A stretch of 24,000 bases of DNA from Ignavibacteriales bacterium (GTDB lineage Bacteria > Bacteroidota > Ignavibacteria > UBA10030 > F1-140-MAGs086), in NCBI GenBank assembly GCA_018335975.1, contig JAGXRH010000001.1, positions 6,215 to 30,214 on the forward strand, in the 5' to 3' direction. Positions 14,333-22,015 of this stretch are shown here, piece by piece; position 1 is the first letter of the stretch, and every line of letters begins with the position of its first letter. The notes under the pieces were generated by a model, which was not told where the DNA came from, did no database searches, and saw nothing but the letters and a program-made list of their open reading frames with translations. The position numbers were made by a program, and so were the translations under genes.

Positions 14333-14647
14333 GTGACTGAAATTGTTCGTTCTAAAAATAATATTCCCATTCGATTAACGGAAGAACGATGGATTCATAT
14401 TACAGAAGAACATTCGGAAATGGCTGGATATTTTTTTGACGTTCTTGAAACGATAGAAAACCCGGTAATTATTTTTGAAGGTAAACACGATGAGAAAATT
14501 GCAGTCAAAGAAATTGAAAAAGGAAAATTTCTTTTAGTTTTCTACAAAGAAATTCAACGAGATGATGGTTTTATTATCACCGCATTTTTTACACGACAGA
14601 AAAAACAATTAGAGAAAAGAAAAATTTTATGGTCTCAACAGAAGTAA
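14333..14647 (+). CDS. Small uncharacterised protein, putative toxin partner of the downstream DUF2283 protein (occupies the position usually held by DUF4258-type proteins)
   Basis: 104 aa with a GTG start. It reads IRLTEERWIHITEEHSEM...GFIITAFFT. The family name is uncertain; the call rests on pairing and a 19-nt overlap with the DUF2283 gene. Confidence 0.55.
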   Translation: MTEIVRSKNNIPIRLTEERWIHITEEHSEMAGYFFDVLETIENPVIIFEGKHDEKIAVKEIEKGKFLLVFYKEIQRDDGFIITAFFTRQKKQLEKRKILWSQQK

Positions 14648-14859
14648 GAGAAATACTCAATGCTGTTCCGCAACTTGTTGGAATGCCGTTTCCGCGCGTG
14701 TGGTCAAGTTACGACAAAGAAGCGGATGTGTTATATTTGAATTTCAAAAAGCCAAGCCACGCCGACGATAGCGAACTTACCGATGAAGACGTCATTATCC
14801 GCTACGAACAAGGTGAAGTTGTTGGCATTACAATTTTGAATGCAAGTAAAAGAAAATAA
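14629..14859 (+). CDS. DUF2283 domain protein (putative antitoxin-like partner)
   Basis: SYDKEADVLYLNFKKP....E.....IIRYEQGEVVGITILNASK is the DUF2283 pattern (YDxEADALYIxL...GxIVGIEILxAS). Confidence 0.75.
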   Translation: MVSTEVREILNAVPQLVGMPFPRVWSSYDKEADVLYLNFKKPSHADDSELTDEDVIIRYEQGEVVGITILNASKRK

Positions 14860-14870
14860 TTCTTGATTTT

Positions 14871-16592
14871 ATGAATGTAACCATTACATTAGACGGTCAG
14901 CAACTCGAAACTGATTCGTCGAAAACTATTATTCAAGCGGCAAGAGATAACGGAATTGCGATTCCGAATTTTTGCTGGCATCCGGCATTATCCATTGCGG
15001 GAAATTGTCGCATTTGTCTTGTGGATTCCGGAATGCCGAAGAAAACGCGCGAAGGACAAATCGAACGCGATGCAAGCGGAAATGCAATAATAATGTACGC
15101 GCCGAAATTACAAATCGCTTGCCAAACAACAGTTGCGGATGGAATGGTAGTGCAATCGAAATCGCCGAAGGTCATTAACGCGCGCGAAGCCGTGATGGAA
15201 TTTCTGCTCATCAATCATCCGCTCGATTGTCCGATTTGCGACGAAGCCGGCGAATGTAAATTGCAAGAATACGCATACAAACACAGCGTCGGTTACAGCA
15301 GATTTGAATTTGAAAAAGTTCGCAAACCAAAACGCGTTGATATCGGAACAAACGTTATGCTCGATACAGAGCGTTGCATTATGTGTTCGCGCTGCGTTCG
15401 TTTCTGCGATGAAATTGTGAAAGAGACATCGCTCACGTTCTCCAATCGCGGCGACCATGTTGAACTTACAACATTTCCCGGAACTTCGCTCGACAATGAT
15501 TACTCGATGAACACGATTGATTTGTGTCCCGTTGGCGCGCTCACGAGTAAAGATTTTCGTTTCAAAGCGCGTGTGTGGGAAATGTCGTCAACGGATTCTG
15601 TTTGTGTTGGATGTTCGCGCGGATGCAACACAACAATCGGCGTTCGCAACAATGAAGTTTTGCGATTAACGCCGCGTTTCAACGACGATGTTAATAATTA
15701 TTGGATGTGCGATAACGGAAGATTGAACACGTTTAAAAGTGTGAACGCAGAAACCCGTATCAAAGCGCCGATGATTCGCAAAGAAGGAAAACTTGTTGAA
15801 GTCGGTTGGGATGAAGCGTTTGCAAAAGTTGCATCGGAACTTCGCCGGTTTCAGAAAAATGAAATTGCAGTTCTCGGTTCCGCGTTTGCAACAAACGAAG
15901 ATAATTTTCTTTTACAAAAATTTGCAAAACAAGTTCTCGGAACAAAGAATCTTGATTTCTTTCAACACATAAAAGATGGCGATGAAGACGAACTTCTCAT
16001 TCGCGCAGATAAAACGCCGAATAGTTTCGGAACAAAAGAAATGGGCGTTGGAAATGGAAATGCAGAAAATATTTTAAACGGAACAATTAAAGTTTTGTAT
16101 TTGCTTGAAGATAACATTGCGGAAAATTCTGATGTTGCAAACCTTCTTTCAAAATTAGATTTCCTCGTTGTTCATTCATCGAATCACAATGAAACGACGA
16201 AACTTGCCGATGTTGTGTTTTCTGCTTCAACATACGCGGAAAAAAACGGAACGTTCACAAACTTTCAAGGAAATGTGCAGCGCATTCGTCCCGCAGTTGC
16301 AACGCTGGAACAAGACCGCGCGCTCGATGGATTTGCGATGAGTCGTTTGGATAAATTCGGTTCGCAATTTGATAGATGGATGAAAGGTGAAAAACGCGAC
16401 GCTCGTTCTTCGTGGAAAATTATTTCGGGAGTTGCCAACGCAATGAACGCAAAATGGAAATACAATTCCGCCGAAGATGTGTTCAAAGAAATTGCGAATA
16501 CGGTTTCAAGTTTTCAAGGAATGAGTTATTTTAAGATGAGAAATAAGGGAATGAAGTTGAATAGTAATTCGGTGGTTGAAAAAGGGGTGTAA
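14871..16592 (+). CDS. nuoG: NADH-quinone oxidoreductase subunit G (short form)
   Basis: The N-terminal 2Fe-2S region reads ITLDGQQLE...IPNFCWHPALSIAGNCRICLV. HPLDCPICDEAGECKLQ is the N5 HxxxCxxCxxxxxC motif. CIMCSRCVRFC and CPVGALT are the 4Fe-4S motifs. A molybdopterin-like domain follows. Confidence 0.9.
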   Translation: MNVTITLDGQQLETDSSKTIIQAARDNGIAIPNFCWHPALSIAGNCRICLVDSGMPKKTREGQIERDASGNAIIMYAPKLQIACQTTVADGMVVQSKSPKVINAREAVMEFLLINHPLDCPICDEAGECKLQEYAYKHSVGYSRFEFEKVRKPKRVDIGTNVMLDTERCIMCSRCVRFCDEIVKETSLTFSNRGDHVELTTFPGTSLDNDYSMNTIDLCPVGALTSKDFRFKARVWEMSSTDSVCVGCSRGCNTTIGVRNNEVLRLTPRFNDDVNNYWMCDNGRLNTFKSVNAETRIKAPMIRKEGKLVEVGWDEAFAKVASELRRFQKNEIAVLGSAFATNEDNFLLQKFAKQVLGTKNLDFFQHIKDGDEDELLIRADKTPNSFGTKEMGVGNGNAENILNGTIKVLYLLEDNIAENSDVANLLSKLDFLVVHSSNHNETTKLADVVFSASTYAEKNGTFTNFQGNVQRIRPAVATLEQDRALDGFAMSRLDKFGSQFDRWMKGEKRDARSSWKIISGVANAMNAKWKYNSAEDVFKEIANTVSSFQGMSYFKMRNKGMKLNSNSVVEKGV

Positions 16593-16598
16593 GTTTTT

Positions 16599-16859
16599 AT
16601 GCCAGAAATAAGTAGATTTTTCGGAATCATAATTACGATGAAGGCAAACGACCACAATCCTCCGCATTTACACGCAAAGTATCAAGATGAGCAAGCAATT
16701 TTTGATATTCAAAGTGGCGAAATTCTGCGGGGAAAATTTTCTGAGCGAGCAGCTCGATTAGTTCAAGATTGGATTCAATTACATTCTGTTGAGTTAATGG
16801 TTGATTGGAATTTGGCATCAAAAAATCAACTTATTTTTCCAATAACACCTTTAAAATAA
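16599..16859 (+). CDS. DUF4160 domain protein (second copy)
   Basis: ISRFFGIIITMKANDHNPPHLHAKYQDEQAIFDI..GEILRGKF.....LVQDWIQLHSVELMVDW. By eye it is roughly 40-45% identical to the copy at 13818. Confidence 0.8.
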   Translation: MPEISRFFGIIITMKANDHNPPHLHAKYQDEQAIFDIQSGEILRGKFSERAARLVQDWIQLHSVELMVDWNLASKNQLIFPITPLK

Positions 16860-16861
16860 AT

Positions 16862-17176
16862 ATGATTATGGACGAATGGATTACAATTACTTCCGTAGAA
16901 AATAAAAGCAATTACATTTTACGGTTAACATTCAGCGACGATTGCGTAAAAGAAATTGATATGTCGGATTTGAAATATCTTTCCGGTGATTTTTCTGTTC
17001 TCAACAACGAAGAAGATTTTCGGAAAATAAAAATTGTTGACGATGGCAGAGCGTTGCAATGGGAATGTGGTTACGATAATTGCGCGGATGAACTTCGTTA
17101 CTTTCGTGATTACATTTTTGCAGAAGGTTTAGAAAATTCTTCGTTTGAATTAGAAAAAGAAAATGTTATCGCTTAA
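16862..17176 (+). CDS. DUF2442 domain protein (second copy)
   Basis: ITSVENKSNYILRLTFSDDCVKEIDMS....GDFSVLNNEEDFRKIKIVDDGRALQWECGYDNCADELRY. I place the start at ATG 16862, 2 nt after the upstream stop, not at 16805. Confidence 0.75.
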   Translation: MIMDEWITITSVENKSNYILRLTFSDDCVKEIDMSDLKYLSGDFSVLNNEEDFRKIKIVDDGRALQWECGYDNCADELRYFRDYIFAEGLENSSFELEKENVIA

Positions 17177-17184
17177 CTTTTCAG

Positions 17185-17241
17185 CCACGAATTTCACGAA
17201 TTTTCACTAATGTGGTTTGTGCTAATTCGTGAAATTAGTGG
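17185..17241. repeat. 18-bp-stem hairpin (1 mismatch) built from CACGAATTT repeats, just upstream of nuoH
   Basis: ccacgaatttcacgaatt (17185-17202) pairs with the reverse complement of aattcgtgaaattagtgg (17224-17241) at 17 of 18 positions, with a 21-nt loop. It is followed by an A-rich rather than a T-rich tract. Confidence 0.7.
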
Positions 17242-17259
17242 CAACAAAAAATAAAAATT

Positions 17260-18294
17260 ATGTTTGAACTTTTCATCATCAGCACCATCAAAATCGTCGT
17301 AATGTTAATCGTATTATTAACCACTGCGGCGTATATGGTTTTAGCGGAACGACGAATCAGCGCGGCTGTGCAAGATAGAATCGGTCCCAATCGCGTTGGA
17401 TGGCAAGGGTTTTTGCAGCCGCTCGCCGATTTAGTAAAACTTGTTACGAAAGAAGACATTGTTCCGAAAGCGGCGAACAGATTTATTCACGACCTCGCGC
17501 CGATTATTTCCGTGTTCATTGCGCTTACAACATTTGCTGTTGTTCCGTTCGGAAATACGATTGAACTTTTCGGAAGAACAATCAAATTGCAAATCGCCGA
17601 CGTGAACATAGGCATTCTCTACATTCTTGCGCTCGCTTCGGTTGGCGTGTACGGAATTACGCTCGCCGGTTGGTCATCGAACAATAAATATTCGCTGCTC
17701 GGCGGAATGCGTTCATCTGCGCAAATGATTTCCTACGAACTTTCGATGGGACTTTCGATCATCGGCGTGGTGATGATTTCTTCTTCGCTGCAACTCGATA
17801 AAATTGTCGAAGCGCAAACCGGTTACGTTCTCGGTTTTCTTCCGAAATGGAATATCGTTTTACAACCGATTGGTTTCATTACGTTTCTTGTTTCGTCTTT
17901 TGCGGAAACAAATCGCACGCCATTTGATTTGCCCGAAGCGGAACCGGAACTCGTCGGCGGTTATCACACGGAATATTCGGGATTGAAATTCGGTTTATTT
18001 TTTCTCGCGGAGTATTGTAATATGGTTGTCGCAAGCGCAGTGATTACAACGCTGTATCTCGGCGGTTGGCAATTTCCGTACGTTGAATCATTTGGATTTT
18101 CTCCGTTCGTTGTAAGTTTATTGCAAGTCGGAGCGTTTGCGATAAAAGTTGGAGCGCTTTTATTTTTCTTCATTCTCGTTCGCTGGACTGTTCCGCGTTT
18201 TCGTTACGACCAACTGATGAATCTCGGATGGAAAGTTATGCTCCCGCTTGCGTTGGCAAATATTGTGGTTACGGGAATATTTTTGTTGATGTGA
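17260..18294 (+). CDS. nuoH: NADH-quinone oxidoreductase subunit H
   Basis: 344 aa and polytopic. Motifs: AERRISAAVQDRIGPNRVG, GWSSNNKYSLLGGMRSSAQMISYE, ETNRTPFDLPEAEPELVGGYHTEYSG and RWTVPRFRYDQLM. Confidence 0.95.
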   Translation: MFELFIISTIKIVVMLIVLLTTAAYMVLAERRISAAVQDRIGPNRVGWQGFLQPLADLVKLVTKEDIVPKAANRFIHDLAPIISVFIALTTFAVVPFGNTIELFGRTIKLQIADVNIGILYILALASVGVYGITLAGWSSNNKYSLLGGMRSSAQMISYELSMGLSIIGVVMISSSLQLDKIVEAQTGYVLGFLPKWNIVLQPIGFITFLVSSFAETNRTPFDLPEAEPELVGGYHTEYSGLKFGLFFLAEYCNMVVASAVITTLYLGGWQFPYVESFGFSPFVVSLLQVGAFAIKVGALLFFFILVRWTVPRFRYDQLMNLGWKVMLPLALANIVVTGIFLLM

Positions 18295-18303
18295 GGGAAG
18301 AAA

Positions 18304-18331
18304 TTTTAGATTTTAGAATTCAGATTTTAGA
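18304..18331. repeat. Short TTTTAGA repeat tract in the nuoH-downstream gap
   Basis: ttttaga occurs at 18304-18310, 18311-18317 and 18325-18331. A similar attttagatttgag lies in the moaD-moaE junction (6325-6338). Confidence 0.5.
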
Positions 18332-18391
18332 TTGAACGTTTCGCAAAGAGAATAAACTCGAACCTTGTAACTCTAAACCTCAAACTTTTTT

Positions 18392-18619
18392 ATGAACACA
18401 CAACCAATTTCTTTTTCAGATATTTTGCAATTAAGCGTTTCCGAACGCATTCAACTTGTCGAAGATATTTGGGATAGTCTTCGAGAAGTTCCGGATGAAT
18501 TTGGATTAAGTGATGCTCAGCGAAAAGAACTTGCGCGAAGAGCGGAAGAATTTTATAAAAATCCCAACGAAGGAATTCCTTGGAAAACGTTGAAAGCCAA
18601 TCTTCTCAATAGCAAGTGA
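18392..18619 (+). CDS. Addiction-module antitoxin (putative addiction module component family)
   Basis: LQLSVSERIQLVEDIWDSL....LSDAQRKELARR is the characteristic LSxxERxxLxxxxWDSL motif. Its stop overlaps the toxin start (GTGA at 18616-18619). Confidence 0.8.
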   Translation: MNTQPISFSDILQLSVSERIQLVEDIWDSLREVPDEFGLSDAQRKELARRAEEFYKNPNEGIPWKTLKANLLNSK

Positions 18620-18912
18620 AGTTAGAGAGTTTAATACGCTCTGATGCACAACGAGAAATTACAGAAACATTTCAGTGGTATGAAAATCAGAGTAACGGTC
18701 TCGGTACAGAATTCCTCCGTGCTGTTGATGCTGCAATTGCTTCGATTGAACGATTTCCTAAAGCATTTCCAAAAGTTGAAGGTGAAACAAGAAAAATTTT
18801 GTTACGAAGATTTCCTTACGCTATTTTTTATATTGTTCACCTGGATATAATTGCAATAACCGGATGTTATCATCAAAAACGCCATCCGGAAATTTGGCGA
18901 AACAAATCGTAG
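18616..18912 (+). CDS. Type II toxin-antitoxin system toxin, RelE/ParE family
   Basis: AQREITETFQWYENQSNGLGTEFLRAVDAAIASIERFP.....V.G..RKILLRRFPYAIFY......I.I.GCYHQKRHPEIW is the ParE-like pattern. Confidence 0.8.
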   Translation: MKLESLIRSDAQREITETFQWYENQSNGLGTEFLRAVDAAIASIERFPKAFPKVEGETRKILLRRFPYAIFYIVHLDIIAITGCYHQKRHPEIWRNKS

Positions 18913-18936
18913 CGACAAATAACGAATAACTCTTTT

Positions 18937-19452
18937 ATGAAAGACAACGGACAAACAACAAAACAAGTTCGCAACGAAAACCTATCGTTTTTGCAGCGAA
19001 CATATATTCCCGAAATTGCAAAGGGATTAGTTCTCACGTTTGGAAAAATGTTTGGGAAAAAATTCACTCGGCAATATCCCGAAGAACGATGGACTCCTCC
19101 GGCATCATTTCGCGGAAGACCGGTTCTCGTGCAAGAAGAAAACGGAACAGAACGCTGCGTTGCGTGTGGATTGTGCGCGCGCGTTTGTCCCGCATTAGCA
19201 ATTGAAATGCAAGCGAGCGAAACACCGCTCTACGATAAAGAACGTTATCCCGTAAAATTTGAAATCAATATGCTTCGCTGCATCTTCTGTGGATTTTGCG
19301 AAGAAGCGTGTCCCGAAGAAGCAATCGTTATGAGTGATGAGTACGAACTTGTGTTCGATAAAATGGAAGATGCAGTTTTCGGAAAAGATAAACTCCTCAT
19401 CCCGAAAAAGAAATTACAAAAGCGTTTGGATTTTTTGCGCGAATATAAATGA
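18937..19452 (+). CDS. nuoI: NADH-quinone oxidoreductase subunit I
   Basis: Two ferredoxin-type motifs: [12 protein letters not shown] and [12 protein letters not shown]. An N-terminal amphipathic region is typical of NuoI. Confidence 0.95.
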   Translation: MKDNGQTTKQVRNENLSFLQRTYIPEIAKGLVLTFGKMFGKKFTRQYPEERWTPPASFRGRPVLVQEENGTERCVACGLCARVCPALAIEMQASETPLYDKERYPVKFEINMLRCIFCGFCEEACPEEAIVMSDEYELVFDKMEDAVFGKDKLLIPKKKLQKRLDFLREYK

Positions 19453-19778
19453 AACTCCCGATTGATGTAACAATTTCAAAAGAGAAACTTACCAATTATC
19501 TTTTGGAATTGAGAATCGAAGATGACAAATCAAAATTTCTTTTACAAGCGGGATATGAAATAGAACTTTGGAAACAATTAGAAGAAGATTTGCGAACGCA
19601 AATATTGACACAAGAAGCAACATTGATTGAACAAACTACTTTCGGAGATGTGTATGAAATACTTGGAACTCTGCAAGGACTGAATGGACGAAAACTCAAC
19701 GTTGTAACTATTTGGATGACAGAATACAAAACTCAGAAAACAAAATTTATCACACTCTTTCCCGATAAGGAAAAATGA
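19449..19778 (+). CDS. DUF6883-like protein (cassette partner 1)
   Basis: KLTNYLLE.....[11 protein letters not shown]...W..LE..L..........[27 protein letters not shown]. Its ATG overlaps the nuoI stop (ATGA at 19449-19452). Confidence 0.65.
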   Translation: MKLPIDVTISKEKLTNYLLELRIEDDKSKFLLQAGYEIELWKQLEEDLRTQILTQEATLIEQTTFGDVYEILGTLQGLNGRKLNVVTIWMTEYKTQKTKFITLFPDKEK

Positions 19779-20023
19779 AAATGAATTATAACCTTTTTAC
19801 CCGTGTTGCACTTCGAGAAGATTTATTGCGATACAATCTTCAACGAGGAGACATTGCGACCATCGTAGATAAGCACGTAGGAAATAATAATGAAATTGGC
19901 TATTCTCTTGAAGTCTTTAATGCACTTGGCGAAACGATTTCTGTTGTCGTAGTTTCCGAAAATCAAATTGAACCGCTGATGAAAAATGAAATTCTTCATG
20001 TTCGCCAATTAGAAGTCGCATAA
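19775..20023 (+). CDS. DUF4926-like protein (cassette partner 2)
   Basis: LFTRVALREDLLRYNLQRGDIATIVDKH.....GYSLEVFNALGETISVVVVSENQIEPL. It has an ATGA overlap with the upstream gene (19775-19778). Confidence 0.65.
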   Translation: MKMNYNLFTRVALREDLLRYNLQRGDIATIVDKHVGNNNEIGYSLEVFNALGETISVVVVSENQIEPLMKNEILHVRQLEVA

Positions 20024-20040
20024 ATCTTCTTTAAAGTTAT

Positions 20041-21390
20041 ATGAAAATTTTTCTTTACACATTCTTACTTTTTTTCGGAACAATGACCAACTCCATTTCC
20101 CAACTCAACATTCCTTTTGAAAAATATGAACTTGCAAACGGCTTGCAAGTTATTCTGCACGAAGACCACACGGTACCGATTGTGTCGGTAAATATTTATT
20201 ATCACGTTGGCGGCGCGAATGAAAAACTTGGACGAACCGGTTTCGCGCACCTCTTCGAGCATCTGATGTTTGAAGGAAGCGAGCACGTGAAAGACGGAAT
20301 GTATGACCAAATCGTTGATGGTTCCGGCGGACAAAACAATGGTTCGACTGGATTCGATGCAACAAATTATTGGTCAATCGTTCCGGCAAATTATCTTGAA
20401 TCTGTTCTCTGGCTCGAGTCCGATAGAATGGGATTTCTGCTTCCGGGAATTACGCAAGATAGATTAGATTTACAGCGCGACGTTGTAAAAAACGAACGCA
20501 GACAATCGTACGAAAATCAGCCGTATGGAATGTCGTGGATGAAAATTTTTGAATCGCTCTATCCAGCGGGCGTTCCGTACAATTGGCTTCCGATTGGTTC
20601 GCAAGAAGATTTAACTGCCGCTTCGCTCGATGACGTAAAAGATTTTTTCAGAATTTATTATGCGCCGAATAACGCAAGTCTCGTTATCGGCGGCGATATT
20701 GATGTTCTGAAAACAAAACAACTCGTAGAAAAATATTTCGGTGGAATTGCAAAAGGAAAAGAAATTCAGCGACCAAATCCAACGAATGTTTCGATTAAAG
20801 AAACAAAGCGAATGGTGCTCGAAGATAATGTTCAACTTCCGCGATTATATATGTTTTGGCTTTCCACTTCAATGTTTGGAAAAGAAGACGCGTCGCTTTC
20901 GCTGCTTTCCGATATTCTGACGGGAGGAAAAAATTCTCGTCTGTACAAATCGCTTGTGTATGAAAAACAAATTGCGCAAGATGTTTCTGCGTTTCAAGAT
21001 GGCAATGCGCTTTCGGGAGATTTCGGAATTATTGTAACGGCAAAAGAAGGACACACGCTTTCCGAAATGGAACAAGCAGTGAACGAAGAACTGGAAAAAA
21101 TAAAATCGAACGGAATTGAAGAACGCGAGTTGCAGCGTTCAAAAAATAGTATTCGTGCGAATTTTATTTACGGATTGCAAAACGTTGGCGGGTTCGGAAG
21201 CAAGACAGACCAGATGAATCGCTACAATACATTCTTCGGAAATCCCGGACGCTTCAACGAAGATTTGCAACGCTACGAAACTGCGTCTGCAAACGATATT
21301 CAAAACGCAGCAAAGAATTTTCTCGATATGAATAAACGTGTTGTGTTGAGCATTGTTCCAAAGGGAAAATTGGAGTTGCAAGCGAAGTAA
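20041..21390 (+). CDS. Secreted M16 family zinc metallopeptidase, catalytically competent subunit
   Basis: Signal peptide MKIFLYTFLLFFGTMTNSIS. HLFEHLMFEGS (HxxEH) is present, with a downstream VVKNERRQ motif. Confidence 0.9.
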   Translation: MKIFLYTFLLFFGTMTNSISQLNIPFEKYELANGLQVILHEDHTVPIVSVNIYYHVGGANEKLGRTGFAHLFEHLMFEGSEHVKDGMYDQIVDGSGGQNNGSTGFDATNYWSIVPANYLESVLWLESDRMGFLLPGITQDRLDLQRDVVKNERRQSYENQPYGMSWMKIFESLYPAGVPYNWLPIGSQEDLTAASLDDVKDFFRIYYAPNNASLVIGGDIDVLKTKQLVEKYFGGIAKGKEIQRPNPTNVSIKETKRMVLEDNVQLPRLYMFWLSTSMFGKEDASLSLLSDILTGGKNSRLYKSLVYEKQIAQDVSAFQDGNALSGDFGIIVTAKEGHTLSEMEQAVNEELEKIKSNGIEERELQRSKNSIRANFIYGLQNVGGFGSKTDQMNRYNTFFGNPGRFNEDLQRYETASANDIQNAAKNFLDMNKRVVLSIVPKGKLELQAK

Positions 21391-21420
21391 TTTTCTTTTT
21401 TTCATTTAAAGGAATTTATT

Positions 21421-21768
21421 TTGAAATTACCTAATGGCGAACAAGCAATAATTCCCGAAGCAAAACTCGAGGAATATTGTTTAAATCCGCTTCACCCGGA
21501 CGGAAAACATAAAGCGAAAGTTTTTGAAAAAGCGTTGGGATTTTCAATTTCGGAAAGCGATGAATTGAGAAAATTAGTTTTAGAATCTGCCGAGATGGGA
21601 AACGTAACAAAACAATCAAAGAATAATTTTGGAACTCTTTACCGCGTTGAACATACTGTGCAAGGATTGTTACAAGAAGAAATTCTTGTAACATTATGGA
21701 TTATTCCAAATATAGAAACACAACCATACTTAACTACTTCATACATCAAAACTCGAAAGGGTAAATAA
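21421..21768 (+). CDS. DUF6883-like protein (second copy)
   Basis: TTG start. AKLEEYCLNPLHPDGKHKAKVFEKALGFS.....L......A........NNFGTLYRVEHTVQG......LVTLW. It is a divergent paralogue of the gene at 19449. Confidence 0.65.
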   Translation: MKLPNGEQAIIPEAKLEEYCLNPLHPDGKHKAKVFEKALGFSISESDELRKLVLESAEMGNVTKQSKNNFGTLYRVEHTVQGLLQEEILVTLWIIPNIETQPYLTTSYIKTRKGK

Positions 21769-21989
21769 TGATTCACCTCCATGATTTTGTCGCACTTTTA
21801 GACAATATTCCTAACACAACCATTATTAGAGGAACGACGGGAACGGTTGTTTCTCAACTTTCTGATAATTTTTTTCTTGTTGAATTTTCAGATGAGAACG
21901 GAGAAGTGTTTGAACAACTTCCTATTCAACAAGATAGTTTGCTGGTGTTACATCGCATCAGCGAAAACGCAGAATTTGCAAATCCGTAA
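21768..21989 (+). CDS. DUF4926-like protein (second copy)
   Basis: LHDFVALLDNIPNTTIIRGTTGTVVSQLSDNFFLVEFSDENGEVFEQLPIQQDSLLVL. It overlaps the upstream stop by 1 nt. Confidence 0.65.
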   Translation: MIHLHDFVALLDNIPNTTIIRGTTGTVVSQLSDNFFLVEFSDENGEVFEQLPIQQDSLLVLHRISENAEFANP

Positions 21990-22015
21990 TTGTTTTCCAT
22001 TGACTCAACGATACG

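Noticed and set aside
16805-16861. Upstream extension of the second DUF2442 ORF, overlapping the DUF4160 gene
   Set aside because: The ATG at 16862 lies 2 nt after the upstream stop, mirroring the spacing in the first cassette. The extension would overlap 55 nt of the DUF4160 coding sequence.
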